Positions 11,798 through 22,175 are shown, numbered from the stretch's first letter. The stretch: 64,000 bases of DNA from an uncultured Verrucomicrobiae bacterium (GCA_963815455.1 CAWFGO010000001.1:96001-160000), one strand, 5' to 3'. The notes: generated from the letters alone by a model not told the origin. Translations and numbers: made by a program.

Positions 11798-11837
11798 AGG
11801 CCAGTTTCATGTCGCATATGCGACATGAAACTGGCCT
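11798..11837. repeat. Perfect 40-bp palindrome upstream of PaaX-like gene
   Basis: AGGCCAGTTTCATGTCGCAT|ATGCGACATGAAACTGGCCT. Confidence 0.92.
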
Positions 11838-11962
11838 GCTGCCGGGATGGAGATTTGGTAAAAGGCGCAGGCCGTGAATTATTGGCGCTATTGTTTGCGT
11901 CGCTTGAGAGAAGGCGCCGCTACAATCCGCCAGGGGTGGAGCAACGATCAACGACGGCGATG

Positions 11963-12298
11963 CTATTTCCCCGGCTCCGCACCTACGGCAACTTTGGCAA
12001 GGATCGGTTCCACGTCCGGATCGGCCTTTATCATGCCCGCTCGCAGCGCGTCACGAAATTCCTGAATCGCCTTGTTGCGCTTTTGAAAGGCGGCCTTTAC
12101 AGCAGGATCTTGCACTGCCTTTTGCTCGGCCGCGCGCAGCTTTAGCTGCTCGTCCAGCGATAAGTTATTGACCCTCTCTTCTCGCTCCCGCACCTGTTTG
12201 CGTAGATCGCTGTCATCCACCCCCTGGGAGAAAGCACACGGTGCGATCTGAGTGATAGCGAACACAACCAGCGGGAGAGCGAATGCTTTGAGTCTCAT
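11963..12298 (-). CDS. Hypothetical secreted helical protein
   Basis: Signal-peptide-like N-terminus then charged helix; follows sulfotransferase on the same strand. Confidence 0.6.
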   Translation of the reverse strand: MRLKAFALPLVVFAITQIAPCAFSQGVDDSDLRKQVREREERVNNLSLDEQLKLRAAEQKAVQDPAVKAAFQKRNKAIQEFRDALRAGMIKADPDVEPILAKVAVGAEPGK

Positions 12299-12321
12299 AA
12301 GAAAAAAAGTAGCACAGCGCT

Positions 12322-12912
12322 TCAATCTTTGCGACCAGTCCCAACACGTTGACGATAGAGTGCAGGATCGACAACGGCAGCCATTGCGTTGAGATCCATG
12401 TCCTGCTCAAGAAACCCGTTAATTTCTTTAGCTGCGCCGAGCGGTTCACGAAGAACCCGGCCATGCTCGATGCCGAGGAATCGGCAGGTGGGTTGCGTGG
12501 CCAGCCATTCTTCAATTTGGGCCAGCTGACTCGCGTAGACTTTCGCAAGCATGGCCTCGTCTGCGCTGGTTTTACCTTGCCGCTCCAGCATCACGCGCTG
12601 ACTGGCGAGAATTTCTTCCATGGGCCGCTTCATCAGGATAATGCGATATTGAAATCGGCCGTCGGTTGGAAGTTCACGTAGAAGAAGGTGAATGATCTTC
12701 ACGACCCGTCCACGCGCCTGGTCGAGCCAGAGTTTGTCGCTGCGCAGTCGTTTCACCGGCTCGAACTCAAAATAGCCACGCGGATTACTTTCATCGGGCG
12801 CGCGCAAGTCGTCCGTCAATGGAGGTAGTCCTCCCGCGACGAGCATTTGCATCATGAGCGAAGTGCCAGATCGCGGGAGTCCGCTCACGACGGTGATAAA
12901 ATCGCGCTGCAT
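12322..12912 (-). CDS. Sulfotransferase family protein
   Basis: VSGLPRSGTSLMMQML PAPS-binding loop; NPRGYFE. Confidence 0.88.
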   Translation of the reverse strand: MQRDFITVVSGLPRSGTSLMMQMLVAGGLPPLTDDLRAPDESNPRGYFEFEPVKRLRSDKLWLDQARGRVVKIIHLLLRELPTDGRFQYRIILMKRPMEEILASQRVMLERQGKTSADEAMLAKVYASQLAQIEEWLATQPTCRFLGIEHGRVLREPLGAAKEINGFLEQDMDLNAMAAVVDPALYRQRVGTGRKD

Positions 12913-14936
12913 TAATCGACAGTTGGCTGAGGTAATCCCTCGGCAAGGATGCGTTTTACAATGTCACGATGTTTGTTGGCTGTTTCTGTTCGGCCTACGC
13001 GATTGGCAATTTTTGAAACGTAACGATGGGCAAGCAGGAAGTCGGGACGCATGGCCAGACAGATCTCAAACGCCTGCAATGCACGCTCGTACCAGCCGAG
13101 CCGGGAGAGGACCGCTCCGAGCTGGAAATGGGCGATTGGAAAATCGTGAAACAGAGAAATCGCCTTAAGACCGCACTGAACGCCATCTTCCAGACGCCCC
13201 TGCCGGGGAAGGGCAACACTCAGGCCGTAGTATGCTTCGGCGTTGTCCTCATCCAGTTCGAGCGATTTGCGAAATGCCGTTTCCGCTTCGCGCCAGCGGC
13301 GCAGTCGCAGACACGCCCGGCCAATCCGACAAAGTAACCACGGATCCTGCGGTCCATGAACCAAGGCACCTTCAAAATGCCGGAGCGCACCCGCGACATC
13401 GTCCGTAAGCCAACAATGGAAACCGCGGAAGAGCGCCATTTGCTTGGCATCCGGTTTTAGAACCTGGAGCTGATCCAGAACGCGACCGAGCGCCTTAGCA
13501 TCGCCCGCCGATACGGCTGTCTGACCGGCGAAAGCAACGTAGCGCGCTTCCTCGGGAAATTGCTGCGCCAACTCTTCGGCTAGAGCGAGAGCAGCAGCTG
13601 GTTGTTTGCCGTCGATGTAGCTGCAAGCCAGATTGAATTTCTGTTCTGCGCGCGCCCGGGCGATATCGCGCTGGATGTCTTCGCCAGGCGCTTCCAGATA
13701 GCCCAGCTCGACGAGCTGATGCAGCGCGGCCGCCGCGGCCTCGGGGTCGTCGGCGATATTTTTTGTTTCGCCACCATTGACAGCGGGGTCGGGAACGTCC
13801 TCCCATGAAGCAATGCGCTCGAGTTCCGGCATTTCTTGGAAAGCGTTGACCAGCACCTTGCCTTCCATATCCCGGCCTATCGGCAGGCCGAACATCGAGA
13901 GAACGGTGGGTGCTATGTCCAGGAGGGTAGCACCGTGAACAATGTCGTCCTTTTTGATTCCGGGACCAGCGAGCACAAAGATGCCGAAATTGCGGTGCCA
14001 CTGCGCGGGGTCGACTTCGCCCGTGGGACGCCTCGCCCCGTTGAGAAAGCCGTGGTCCGACACGATCATGACGTGCGCGTCCGGACCGGCCAGCTCGAGC
14101 AAACGGCCCAGCATCTGGTCGTGGAATTCGTAGGTCGCGTTCATGACGCCCTGGAAAACTTCAAAAAGATCGGGGCGCACGTGTTCCATTCGGGGCGGGT
14201 GAAAGACCATGAAATCGTGTCCTATGTGATCGATCGCCTCGTAGTAAGCGGAGCAAAAATCCCACGGCATCTCTTCCATCACCGCAGTCGTGACCGCGTG
14301 CAGTGAGGCGCATTCGGCCAGTCGTTTTGCGAATGAGTGAAGTAGACGGCGAACCTCCGGGTCGCGTTGATCGAGCTGTTGTGCCAGCGGGATGAACTGC
14401 GAAAGCATGGGACCGGTCACCTCACCCGGATGGAGACGCAGTTCCGCGAGCGACTCGGCCAGATGAGCAGGCTGCACACTATTTGGCTGTGGCGGCCAAT
14501 TCGCCGGCGTGGCGGAAGCGGGAGCAACCGGAAATTGGTGAGAAATACAGATGCCTTTGATGACTTCGGCCGGGTGACTCGCGTACCAGCCTACGGCGTG
14601 ACAGCGTTTGCCGGCCTGCGACAAGATATTCCAGAGCGCTTTGCACTTTCGCGTGCCGCTTGAGGTAGGCCTCAGGGCCGCACCATCCGGGGTCGGCTCT
14701 ACAAATCCGTGCACACCGTGAAGGTAGGCCCGTTTGCCGGTTGCAATTGAAGTCCAAAGAACCGGCGACAAAATTGGCTGGAGGGTCAGGAGGTTTCCCA
14801 TGACGCCGCCATCTACCAATCGCTTCAGATTGGGCATTCGGTCCGCATCGAGCAGCGGATGAATCATTTGCCAATCGGCCGCATCCCAGCCCACTAGCAG
14901 AAGTTTTTGTGCAATCGGTTCGATCATTGCAGTCAA
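12912..14936 (-). CDS. Alkaline phosphatase/phosphodiesterase-superfamily protein with C-terminal TPRs
   Basis: LLVGWDAADW, LSPVLWTSIATGK, DHIGH, VSDHGF; TPR helices in the C-terminal third. Confidence 0.88.
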   Translation of the reverse strand: MTAMIEPIAQKLLLVGWDAADWQMIHPLLDADRMPNLKRLVDGGVMGNLLTLQPILSPVLWTSIATGKRAYLHGVHGFVEPTPDGAALRPTSSGTRKCKALWNILSQAGKRCHAVGWYASHPAEVIKGICISHQFPVAPASATPANWPPQPNSVQPAHLAESLAELRLHPGEVTGPMLSQFIPLAQQLDQRDPEVRRLLHSFAKRLAECASLHAVTTAVMEEMPWDFCSAYYEAIDHIGHDFMVFHPPRMEHVRPDLFEVFQGVMNATYEFHDQMLGRLLELAGPDAHVMIVSDHGFLNGARRPTGEVDPAQWHRNFGIFVLAGPGIKKDDIVHGATLLDIAPTVLSMFGLPIGRDMEGKVLVNAFQEMPELERIASWEDVPDPAVNGGETKNIADDPEAAAAALHQLVELGYLEAPGEDIQRDIARARAEQKFNLACSYIDGKQPAAALALAEELAQQFPEEARYVAFAGQTAVSAGDAKALGRVLDQLQVLKPDAKQMALFRGFHCWLTDDVAGALRHFEGALVHGPQDPWLLCRIGRACLRLRRWREAETAFRKSLELDEDNAEAYYGLSVALPRQGRLEDGVQCGLKAISLFHDFPIAHFQLGAVLSRLGWYERALQAFEICLAMRPDFLLAHRYVSKIANRVGRTETANKHRDIVKRILAEGLPQPTVD

Positions 14937-14992
14937 ATCAGAGGGACTAATCTACGCTACAACGGCGATTGCTCGTTGTCCCCTGACTAAGC

Positions 14993-15033
14993 AAAAACCG
15001 CGCTCACGCCAACCATTCGGCGCGAGCGCGGTT
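14993..15033 (-). terminator. Probable intrinsic terminator after PEP-CTERM gene
   Basis: GC-rich hairpin AACCGCGCTC..GAGCGCGGTT followed by a T-run on the minus strand. Confidence 0.65.
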
Positions 15034-15068
15034 CTGTTAGAATGAACGGTGCGCGGTAGCTATTTCAA

Positions 15069-15797
15069 TCAAGCTGCGTGCTGCCGGCGCCACCTGCGCA
15101 GGCCAGCCGCACCTGCGGCCAAAGCGCCGATGGTCAGAAGCGCCACCGTCGAAGGCTCGGGAACGACAGTGATCGGCGCTCCGGTATTATCGAAACTCCA
15201 GCCTAGTACCGTTACAGGGAAGCCACCCACATCGGGCGCGTCCGCCGCCCCGAAAGAGGCGACCTTGCTGGTCGCGAAGTTATTGAGGGCCGGGGCGCTG
15301 TTGGTGGTGGTGGTCATCGTCAGATAGCCATAGTTCGTCACGCCAAGCCCGTTGACGAAAGCAAATCCCAAGATATGCGTGCCGCTCATGAGATAAGGTG
15401 AACCCGTTGTCCCCAGAATCGCGCGAGTATATGTCGAAGCAGGGCCGACCACGGTGCCAGGCGCGAGATCGAGATAAGGGCCAGTGGCTGTTGCCGCAAC
15501 TCCTCCTGCCGGAGCTGCTGACCAGTAAAACCCGAGCTGAGTGAGACCGGCTGCGGCATAAGGGTTGAAGTCCCAACCTGGATTCGCGCCGCCCGAACCG
15601 GCGGTCGCGCCCGTCTCAAGGTTAATATAAACGCCGCCAAAGGTCATGGGGACCGGGATCGGCGTACTAAATGTAATGATATCCGCTTCAGCTTCCTGCG
15701 GTACCGCGGCGGCGGTGCCGACGAGCGCTGCTGCGCACATGCCAAGACGAACGTTAACGGAAGAGGGATCGAGTTGAAGAATGTTTTTGTCTTTCAT
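15069..15797 (-). CDS. PEP-CTERM sorting domain surface protein
   Basis: Signal region (AAALVGTAAAVPQEAEA), Gly/Thr/Ala-rich body, VPEPSTVALL-TM-RRWRR. Confidence 0.92.
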   Translation of the reverse strand: MKDKNILQLDPSSVNVRLGMCAAALVGTAAAVPQEAEADIITFSTPIPVPMTFGGVYINLETGATAGSGGANPGWDFNPYAAAGLTQLGFYWSAAPAGGVAATATGPYLDLAPGTVVGPASTYTRAILGTTGSPYLMSGTHILGFAFVNGLGVTNYGYLTMTTTTNSAPALNNFATSKVASFGAADAPDVGGFPVTVLGWSFDNTGAPITVVPEPSTVALLTIGALAAGAAGLRRWRRQHAA

Positions 15798-16014
15798 AAG
15801 CTTAATGAAGTAAGGATATAGCTTGCAGTTAGAGGCGGTTGTATGGGTTTCAGTTTCTAAAGTCAATAATAAAATGCGCCCGGAACCGGAAAATTTCCGC
15901 CAAAGGGCGAGCTCACTTTTAGGCGTTTAGTCCAGGTTCCGGCGCTAACCCGATTGATTCCACGGAGCGACATTCCCATTGGCAATTTCGCTGGACCGAC
16001 CGATAATTCGACTC

Positions 16015-16827
16015 ATGACCGCTTGGGGAAGACTCGTGGCAATGGCGTTGGTGATGAGCATTTGCGCCGTCATTGGCGCGGAATCGCCCCGGCTTTCCTC
16101 CGATCAACTGGCCAAGGCGATTAAGAACGACGCCATTAGCATCCCAACTCCGGGCGAGCTTTTTGCCGCTCTGTCCAAGCCAGGGAAACCAAATTGGTCG
16201 GGCCAATATCGCGCACCGATGCCGATGACTTATCGCAACCGCGCCCAGATCGCGCTCAACCTTGGGGGGCTGATAGCCGACGGATTCGTTGCCGTCGAAG
16301 CGAAGGACAGCCAGCAGGTCAAAAATATCGGCGCGGACATTATCAAGCTCGCAAAAGCTCTCGGGGTGAGTGAAAACCTGCTCGGCCGCGGCAATAGCAT
16401 TAACGAATTTGCCGAGAACGACGATTGGGACACGCTGCAGGAGGAACTGGAAGCGACCCAGAACGAAGTGAAATCGTCGATGCAATCGCATAGCGATCAG
16501 GATCTGGTCATTCTCGTGAGTCTGGGTGGATGGATTCGGGGCACGCAGGTGGTTAGCGCAGCGATTCTGCAAAATTACGACGAGCGCAGCGCCAGGGTTC
16601 TCCGTCAGCCGGCCCTGGTCAGCTTCATGCAATCCAAGATCAACGATGTCTCGCCCGAGCTGCGCAATGAGACCCTGGTCAAGAACGTCAGCGAACAACT
16701 CGACGGGATGGAAAAACTGGTTTCGTTTCCCTCCGGCAAAGCGCCGACTGAAGAAGAGGTGCGCAAAGTGAGCGAAGCGGCCGGTAAGATGATGGAGACG
16801 ATCCGGACCAAGACCGACACAAAATGA
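16015..16827 (+). CDS. Hypothetical exported helical protein
   Basis: Long ORF with signal peptide; overlaps next gene start (ATGA). Confidence 0.7.
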   Translation: MTAWGRLVAMALVMSICAVIGAESPRLSSDQLAKAIKNDAISIPTPGELFAALSKPGKPNWSGQYRAPMPMTYRNRAQIALNLGGLIADGFVAVEAKDSQQVKNIGADIIKLAKALGVSENLLGRGNSINEFAENDDWDTLQEELEATQNEVKSSMQSHSDQDLVILVSLGGWIRGTQVVSAAILQNYDERSARVLRQPALVSFMQSKINDVSPELRNETLVKNVSEQLDGMEKLVSFPSGKAPTEEEVRKVSEAAGKMMETIRTKTDTK

Positions 16828-17255
16828 AGCGGCGTCTGTTTCTCCTGTCGATCCTCGTCCTGGCCTTCAGCATTTCCGCGCGAGCCCAGACCGATACCGA
16901 AGTTGACGCCCGCAAAGCCGCGCTCGATCTGGCCGGGGCCTTCAGCAACGACGGATTCAAAATTCGCGACGGTCACTGGTGCGGCACGATCAAGCCGCAC
17001 GATCACGCTCTCATCGCCGTCAATCTTTACGCGGGAAATCAGTATTGGTTTACCGCCGGCGCGACCGATCTGGCCAAAAAGATTAGTGTGAACCTTTACG
17101 ACGAAACCGGAAAACAGGTCGTGACGGAAAGCTATAACTCAGGGGAAAAAGCAGCCGCCGGATATTCGCCCACCAGCAGTGGGCAGTATTACGTCTCGGT
17201 CGATCTGGTCGATGGCAAGGAAAGCAGTTTCTGCCTCGTCTATTCGTATAAGTAG
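16824..17255 (+). CDS. Hypothetical secreted protein
   Basis: Signal peptide MKRRLFLLSILVLAFSISARA; beta-rich body. Confidence 0.7.
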   Translation: MKRRLFLLSILVLAFSISARAQTDTEVDARKAALDLAGAFSNDGFKIRDGHWCGTIKPHDHALIAVNLYAGNQYWFTAGATDLAKKISVNLYDETGKQVVTESYNSGEKAAAGYSPTSSGQYYVSVDLVDGKESSFCLVYSYK

Positions 17256-17285
17256 CGGGCGTCGTCCTGATCTGGACGCCTCTTA

Positions 17286-17326
17286 GTTGAACGTTGGGCG
17301 TTGAGCGTTGAGCGTTGAGCGTTGAG
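17286..17326. repeat. Heptamer tandem repeat (GTTGAGC) x about 6
   Basis: gttgaac gttgggc gttgagc gttgagc gttgagc gttgag, ending at the acylphosphatase ATG. Confidence 0.85.
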
Positions 17327-17602
17327 ATGATCTCGCTCCAGGTTTTTTATGAAGGCACCGTGCAAGGTGTCGGTTTTCGCTGGTCGGTCCGCCACATCGC
17401 CAAAGGCTTTGATGTCACAGGCTGGGTCCGCAATTTGCCCGATGGCCGAGTGGAACTTCAGATCACCGGCGAAGAAAATGAAGTGCGGGCCTTTCTTGAA
17501 GCGATCGCAAAAAGCGAGCTGCGCGGCCTGATCCGGAAACAAACTGAATCAAAACTGCCCGAGCCCGTCACAGCGCGCGGCTTCGAAATTCGCCATGACT
17601 GA
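17327..17602 (+). CDS. acyP: Acylphosphatase
   Basis: [21 protein letters not shown]. Confidence 0.93.
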   Translation: MISLQVFYEGTVQGVGFRWSVRHIAKGFDVTGWVRNLPDGRVELQITGEENEVRAFLEAIAKSELRGLIRKQTESKLPEPVTARGFEIRHD

Positions 17603-18452
17603 TTCGGCTGTCGCCATCAACGGGCTGACGAAGGTTTTTCCGGTCCCGTTCCGTCGACACGGGATCGTGGCGGTGCGCGATCTCGATCTTCAGGTGAATC
17701 CCGGCGAAGTTTACGGCTTGCTCGGGCCTAACGGATCGGGTAAAAGCACTACGCTCAAGATCATTCTCGGCCTCGTTTCGCCGACGCGCGGCCGCACCGA
17801 AATTTTCGGCCGCAACAGCCGCTTGGTTGAGAGTCGCGACGCGGTTGGTTTCTTGCCGGAGAATCCGTATTTCTACAAATATCTCACCGGCGAAGAGACG
17901 CTGCGATTTTTCGGAAAACTTTGCGGGCTCAACGACTCACGCCTAAAGAACCGCATCGGCGAGTTGCTCGATCTCGCCGGTCTGACAAAAGCGCGAAGCC
18001 TGCGCCTGGGCACTTATTCGAAAGGAATGCTCCAACGCATCGGGCTGGCCCAGGCGTTGATCAACGAACCGAGACTGGTCGTCCTCGACGAACCGACGGC
18101 CGGTGTCGATCCCGCCGGCTCACGCGATATTTGCAATTTGATTCTCGATCTTAAACGGCGCGGAATCACCGTGCTGCTTTCGTCGCATTTGCTGGCGCAG
18201 GCCCAGGAAATTTGCGATCGCGTGGGCATTCTCTCAAATGGCATCCTGGTGCGCGAAGGCCGGCTGGACGAGCTGATCGCGATTGAAAACCAAACCGAGC
18301 TCGTTTTGAAAAATGCTTCCGGCGCGTTGCTGAACGAAATCGAAGCCCTCGCCGCCAAATCGAACGCCAAAGTGATCGAACAACGAAGATCGACAACGAC
18401 CTTGGAGCGTCTCTTTCTCGAAACGACGTCTGAACCGGGCGAACAAAAATGA
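17595..18452 (+). CDS. ABC transporter ATP-binding protein
   Basis: [25 protein letters not shown]. Confidence 0.95.
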   Translation: MTDSAVAINGLTKVFPVPFRRHGIVAVRDLDLQVNPGEVYGLLGPNGSGKSTTLKIILGLVSPTRGRTEIFGRNSRLVESRDAVGFLPENPYFYKYLTGEETLRFFGKLCGLNDSRLKNRIGELLDLAGLTKARSLRLGTYSKGMLQRIGLAQALINEPRLVVLDEPTAGVDPAGSRDICNLILDLKRRGITVLLSSHLLAQAQEICDRVGILSNGILVREGRLDELIAIENQTELVLKNASGALLNEIEALAAKSNAKVIEQRRSTTTLERLFLETTSEPGEQK

Positions 18453-18456
18453 ATTC

Positions 18457-18531
18457 TCCGCAGATTTCGCAGATTTACGCAGATTGGGAGCCCAGAAAAT
18501 AATCTGCAGAAAATATGCGTTAATCTGTGGA
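18457..18531. repeat. Inverted-repeat element built of CGCAGATT units
   Basis: TCCGCAGATTTCGCAGATTTACGCAGATT...AATCTGCAG..AATCTGTGGA. Confidence 0.75.
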
Positions 18532-18547
18532 CCAAAAACTCTTGTCG

Positions 18548-19435
18548 ATGACAGAAAGACAATATCGCTCGTTTTCCCTGGCGCGCATTCTCGCGATCAC
18601 GGCCAACACGTTGACCGATCTGACCCGGCAGAGGGTTTTCTATGTTCTGCTGATGTTCGCGCTGCTTTTGATCGGCAGCTCGATCTTCATGGCTCGATTC
18701 ACTTTCCAACAGGAATTCCAAATCCTGAAAGATATTTCGCTCGGTGCGATGTCGATCTTTACATCGTTGCTGGCGATCCTGGCCACGGCGCGGCTGATTC
18801 CGCAGGACGTCGAGGACCGCACTGTTTACACGATTCTGGCCAAGCCGGTGCCGCGTTTCGAATATGTGCTTGGAAAAATCGCCGGCGTTCTCCTGCTTCT
18901 TGGGATCAGCGTGCTGGTGATGAGCGCGCTTTTTCTATTCGTGCTTTACGTGCGCGAGCAATCGGTGCTGCACGAAACAACGCGCCAGATGTCGGCCGCA
19001 CCGCGAGAGCAGCTCGACGCTGCTTTGCGCGCCGTCCGGGCTTCGGCGCTGAACATCGATATCTTCCCAGGCATCGCGATCATCTATTTAAAAGCATGCC
19101 TGCTCGCCGCGTTGACCCTTTTCGTTTCCACTTTCGCCACTACAAATATTTTCACCGTCGTGGTGATGGTCTTTGTTTATTTCATCGGCCACCTGCAGGC
19201 GACCGCGCGCGAGTATTGGTTGCAGGAACACAGCAGCGGTTGGATCACGCGTGCATTCCTGGCTGTCGTGGCGCTGCTGTTTCCCGATTTGCAGGCATTC
19301 AATCTGGTCGATGATATTGTCGCGGGCGCGGCCATCCCATTGGGCCTGTTTCTAAACACTGCCGCGCTCGGCATTTTTTATACGGCGATCTATACTTTGC
19401 TGGCTGCATTCGTGTTTCAGGGCAAAGAGCTATGA
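18548..19435 (+). CDS. ABC transporter permease
   Basis: Multiple TM helices; EDRTVYTILAKPVPRFEYVLGK motif. Confidence 0.88.
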   Translation: MTERQYRSFSLARILAITANTLTDLTRQRVFYVLLMFALLLIGSSIFMARFTFQQEFQILKDISLGAMSIFTSLLAILATARLIPQDVEDRTVYTILAKPVPRFEYVLGKIAGVLLLLGISVLVMSALFLFVLYVREQSVLHETTRQMSAAPREQLDAALRAVRASALNIDIFPGIAIIYLKACLLAALTLFVSTFATTNIFTVVVMVFVYFIGHLQATAREYWLQEHSSGWITRAFLAVVALLFPDLQAFNLVDDIVAGAAIPLGLFLNTAALGIFYTAIYTLLAAFVFQGKEL

Positions 19436-20191
19436 TGCGTTCCCTTTTGTCGGTTGCGATGGTGCTCGCGTTTGGCGTAATCAAACTGCCGGCCGAGCAC
19501 GCTCTCTTCGGGCAACATCGACAACAGCATTTTCTCGGCGTCGAATTCAATCTCGATCTTGCGAGAACAGATCGGGCAGCTCGGCTTCATCGCCGCACTC
19601 AGCGGATTTCGCGCAGCCGTCGCGGACGTTCTTTTCATCCAAGCGCACGTCGCGTGGGAACGAACGGAATGGGGCCGCGTGCTATTGCTGTTTCGGCAGG
19701 CCACGACTTTGCAGCCGCGCTCGATTTTGTTTTGGGACATGGCCGCGTGGCACATGGCCTGGAATGCCAGCGTGGCCGCAATGAACGATCCAACTCAGCC
19801 CCGCCTTGCCTTGCGCGTCAAAGCCCAGCGGGAATATTTTGCGCTGGGCAAGGATTTTCTCGAACGCGGCATCGCGAACAATCCCGATAAGCCGCAGCTC
19901 TACGAATCGCTGGCCCGGCTTTACCAGCAGAAATATCACGATCACGTGCGCGCCTCGGAATATTACGCAAAAGCCGCCGCCCTTCCCGGCGCGCCGAGTT
20001 ACGACAAACGATTTGCCGCCTATGAGCTATCCTATTGCGAAGGGCGCGAGCGCGAGGCCTACGAACGCTTGCACCGGCTTTACGAATTGGGCGAGAAAGA
20101 GCGTGTGCCTACGTTGATCGCGCGGATAAAGTTTCTCGAAAACAAACTCGATATTCCGCAGGATCAGCGGATTCTCGATCGCGCGCCGTAA
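19432..20191 (+). CDS. Hypothetical membrane-anchored TPR-like protein; frameshift near 19560
   Basis: ORF 19432 N-terminus joins ORF 19559..20191 (WDMAAWHMAWN, FLERGIANNP). Confidence 0.7.
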
Positions 20192-20201
20192 GGCGTTCGC
20201 T

Positions 20202-20930
20202 ATGCCAATGCGTTTTGCTATTTTTAGTGACATTCACGCCAACCTCGAGGCGCTCGACGCCGTTCTGGCCGATGCCAACGAGCGCGAGTGCACCCATTTT
20301 GTTTGTCTGGGCGACATCGTTGGTTACAACGCAAACCCGCACGAGTGCGTCGAGCGCGTGCGCGAGATGGATTGCCCGATCGTGAAAGGCAACCACGACG
20401 AGCAGGCGTCGCTGGTCGAATCGTCGCGCGACTTCAACGAGCTGGCCGAGCACGCCATCGACTGGACTCGCAATCATCTGATCGAGGAAGACAAGACTTG
20501 GCTGCGCGAATTGCGATTGCAACGTCAGGTGCGCGATTTCACCATCGTGCACGCCACCCTCGATACCCCGGCCCAATGGGGCTACGTCTTCAATAATCTC
20601 GATGCGGCGGCGAGTTTCACCTATCAGCACACCACCGTTTGCTTTTTCGGTCACACCCATGTGCCGATGGCATTCATTCGAGACGACGGAGTGAAACGAA
20701 TAAAAATCGAACAACTGCGCATCGAGCCGGGCAAGAAATATTTCATCAATGTCGGGAGCGTCGGTCAGCCGCGCGACGGCAACTGGCGCGCCGCCTATTG
20801 CATTTACGACATCGAAACCGCCAACGTCGAACAACGCCGCGTAAAATACGATTTGGAAACCGCCCAGGAAAAAATTATCAAAGCCGGCCTGCCCGATCTC
20901 CTGGCCGAACGATTGGCACTCGGAAGGTAA
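20202..20930 (+). CDS. Metallophosphoesterase (calcineurin-like)
   Basis: SDIHAN, LGDIVGY, GNHD, GHTH, NVGSVGQPRD. Confidence 0.93.
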   Translation: MPMRFAIFSDIHANLEALDAVLADANERECTHFVCLGDIVGYNANPHECVERVREMDCPIVKGNHDEQASLVESSRDFNELAEHAIDWTRNHLIEEDKTWLRELRLQRQVRDFTIVHATLDTPAQWGYVFNNLDAAASFTYQHTTVCFFGHTHVPMAFIRDDGVKRIKIEQLRIEPGKKYFINVGSVGQPRDGNWRAAYCIYDIETANVEQRRVKYDLETAQEKIIKAGLPDLLAERLALGR

Positions 20931-20950
20931 GATCGACAAGTAATGGAACC

Positions 20951-21063
20951 CGTCATCCTGAGCGAATATGCCAGTCCGGCGCGGACCGAAGGATCCCGAT
21001 GAATTACTTTAAAGCTCCAGCTACGGGATTCTTCGACTCCGCTTCACTCCGCTCAGAATGACG
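20951..21063. repeat. GTCATCC...GAATGAC palindromic element
   Basis: CGTCATCCTGAGCG...GGATCCCG..CGGGATTCTTCG...CGCTCAGAATGACG. Confidence 0.88.
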
Positions 21064-21074
21064 ACATACACTTT

Positions 21075-22058
21075 GTGAAATCAATTTTAGTGATCAAACC
21101 CAGTTCGCTCGGCGACATCGTCCATACGTTGCCCGCCGTCGCTGCTGTCCGCGACACATTCCCCGAGGCCGTGATCACCTGGGTCATCAATCCCGAGTTT
21201 TCCCCGCTCCTGCGCGGAAATCCCGATGTCGATCATGTCCACATTTTCCCGCGAAATGATTTCAGCGGCATCGGCGCGCCGCAAAGTTTCGGGCCATGGT
21301 GGAAAACCACGCGATCGCTAAAGCCCGACATGGCTCTGGATTTTCAAGGCTTGCTGCGCAGCGCGCTCATCGCGAAAATTAGCGGCGCCAAAGAAACTCT
21401 CGGGATGAACGATGGCCGCGAAGGCTCGCGTTTGTTCTACAATCGCTCTGCCAGGGTCAATCGCCGCGAGCACGCGGTCGAACGCTACCTCAAGCTGGCC
21501 GAGCTGGCCGGCGCCAAAATCGGGAACGCGCTCCGTTGTCCAATCCCAAGCGGCGATCCGCTCCCGCGGTTCGATGAATATCCGCCGTATATTCTGCTGC
21601 ATCCTTTCGCCCGCGGTGGCGGCAAATCGCTTTCCAACGCGGTCATCGAAGAAATCTGTGTCGCCTTTGCGCCCACGCGTGTCGTCGTCGTCGGAAAATC
21701 GCCGCGCAAAATTAATGCGCCCGATAATTGCGTTGAGCTGACTAATCAAACCACGCTGCTCCAGTTGATTCATCTCATCCGCAAAGCGCATTTCGTGATC
21801 AGCGTCGACAGCGGACCGATGCACATCGCCGCAGCGGTGAGGGACAATCTCCTGTCGATCCACACCTGGACCGATCCCCGCCGCGTCGGCCCTTATAATC
21901 CCGACGCCTGGATTTGGAAACACGGCCGCATGCTGCGCATGCGCGAATTGGAAACAACCAAGCTCAAAAGACGCGGCCGCCAATTCAAACCCAAGGACGT
22001 CCCCGCGATCCTCGAACTCATTCGCCCTCTGGTGCCGATCGATCCGATGCTGGCTTGA
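21075..22058 (+). CDS. Glycosyltransferase family 9 (LPS heptosyltransferase-like)
   Basis: IKPSSLGDIVHTLP, DFQGLLRS, DSGPMHIAAA. Confidence 0.93.
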   Translation: MKSILVIKPSSLGDIVHTLPAVAAVRDTFPEAVITWVINPEFSPLLRGNPDVDHVHIFPRNDFSGIGAPQSFGPWWKTTRSLKPDMALDFQGLLRSALIAKISGAKETLGMNDGREGSRLFYNRSARVNRREHAVERYLKLAELAGAKIGNALRCPIPSGDPLPRFDEYPPYILLHPFARGGGKSLSNAVIEEICVAFAPTRVVVVGKSPRKINAPDNCVELTNQTTLLQLIHLIRKAHFVISVDSGPMHIAAAVRDNLLSIHTWTDPRRVGPYNPDAWIWKHGRMLRMRELETTKLKRRGRQFKPKDVPAILELIRPLVPIDPMLA

Positions 22059-22067
22059 GATCGATCG

Positions 22068-22153
22068 GGTGGATAAAGCAGTCCCTTGCTCGATGTTAAG
22101 TCAGGCGGCGAAGCCGCGTTATTAGCATCGCCCGACGGAGCGGCCGATCCACC
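22068..22153. repeat. GGTGGAT...ATCCACC palindromic element
   Basis: Shares CGATGTTAA..GGCGGCGAAGCCGCGTTA..AGCATCG core and one arm with the copy inside smc (52438..52525). Confidence 0.85.
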
Positions 22154-22175
22154 TCAGAAACTACCGGACGTTTGC

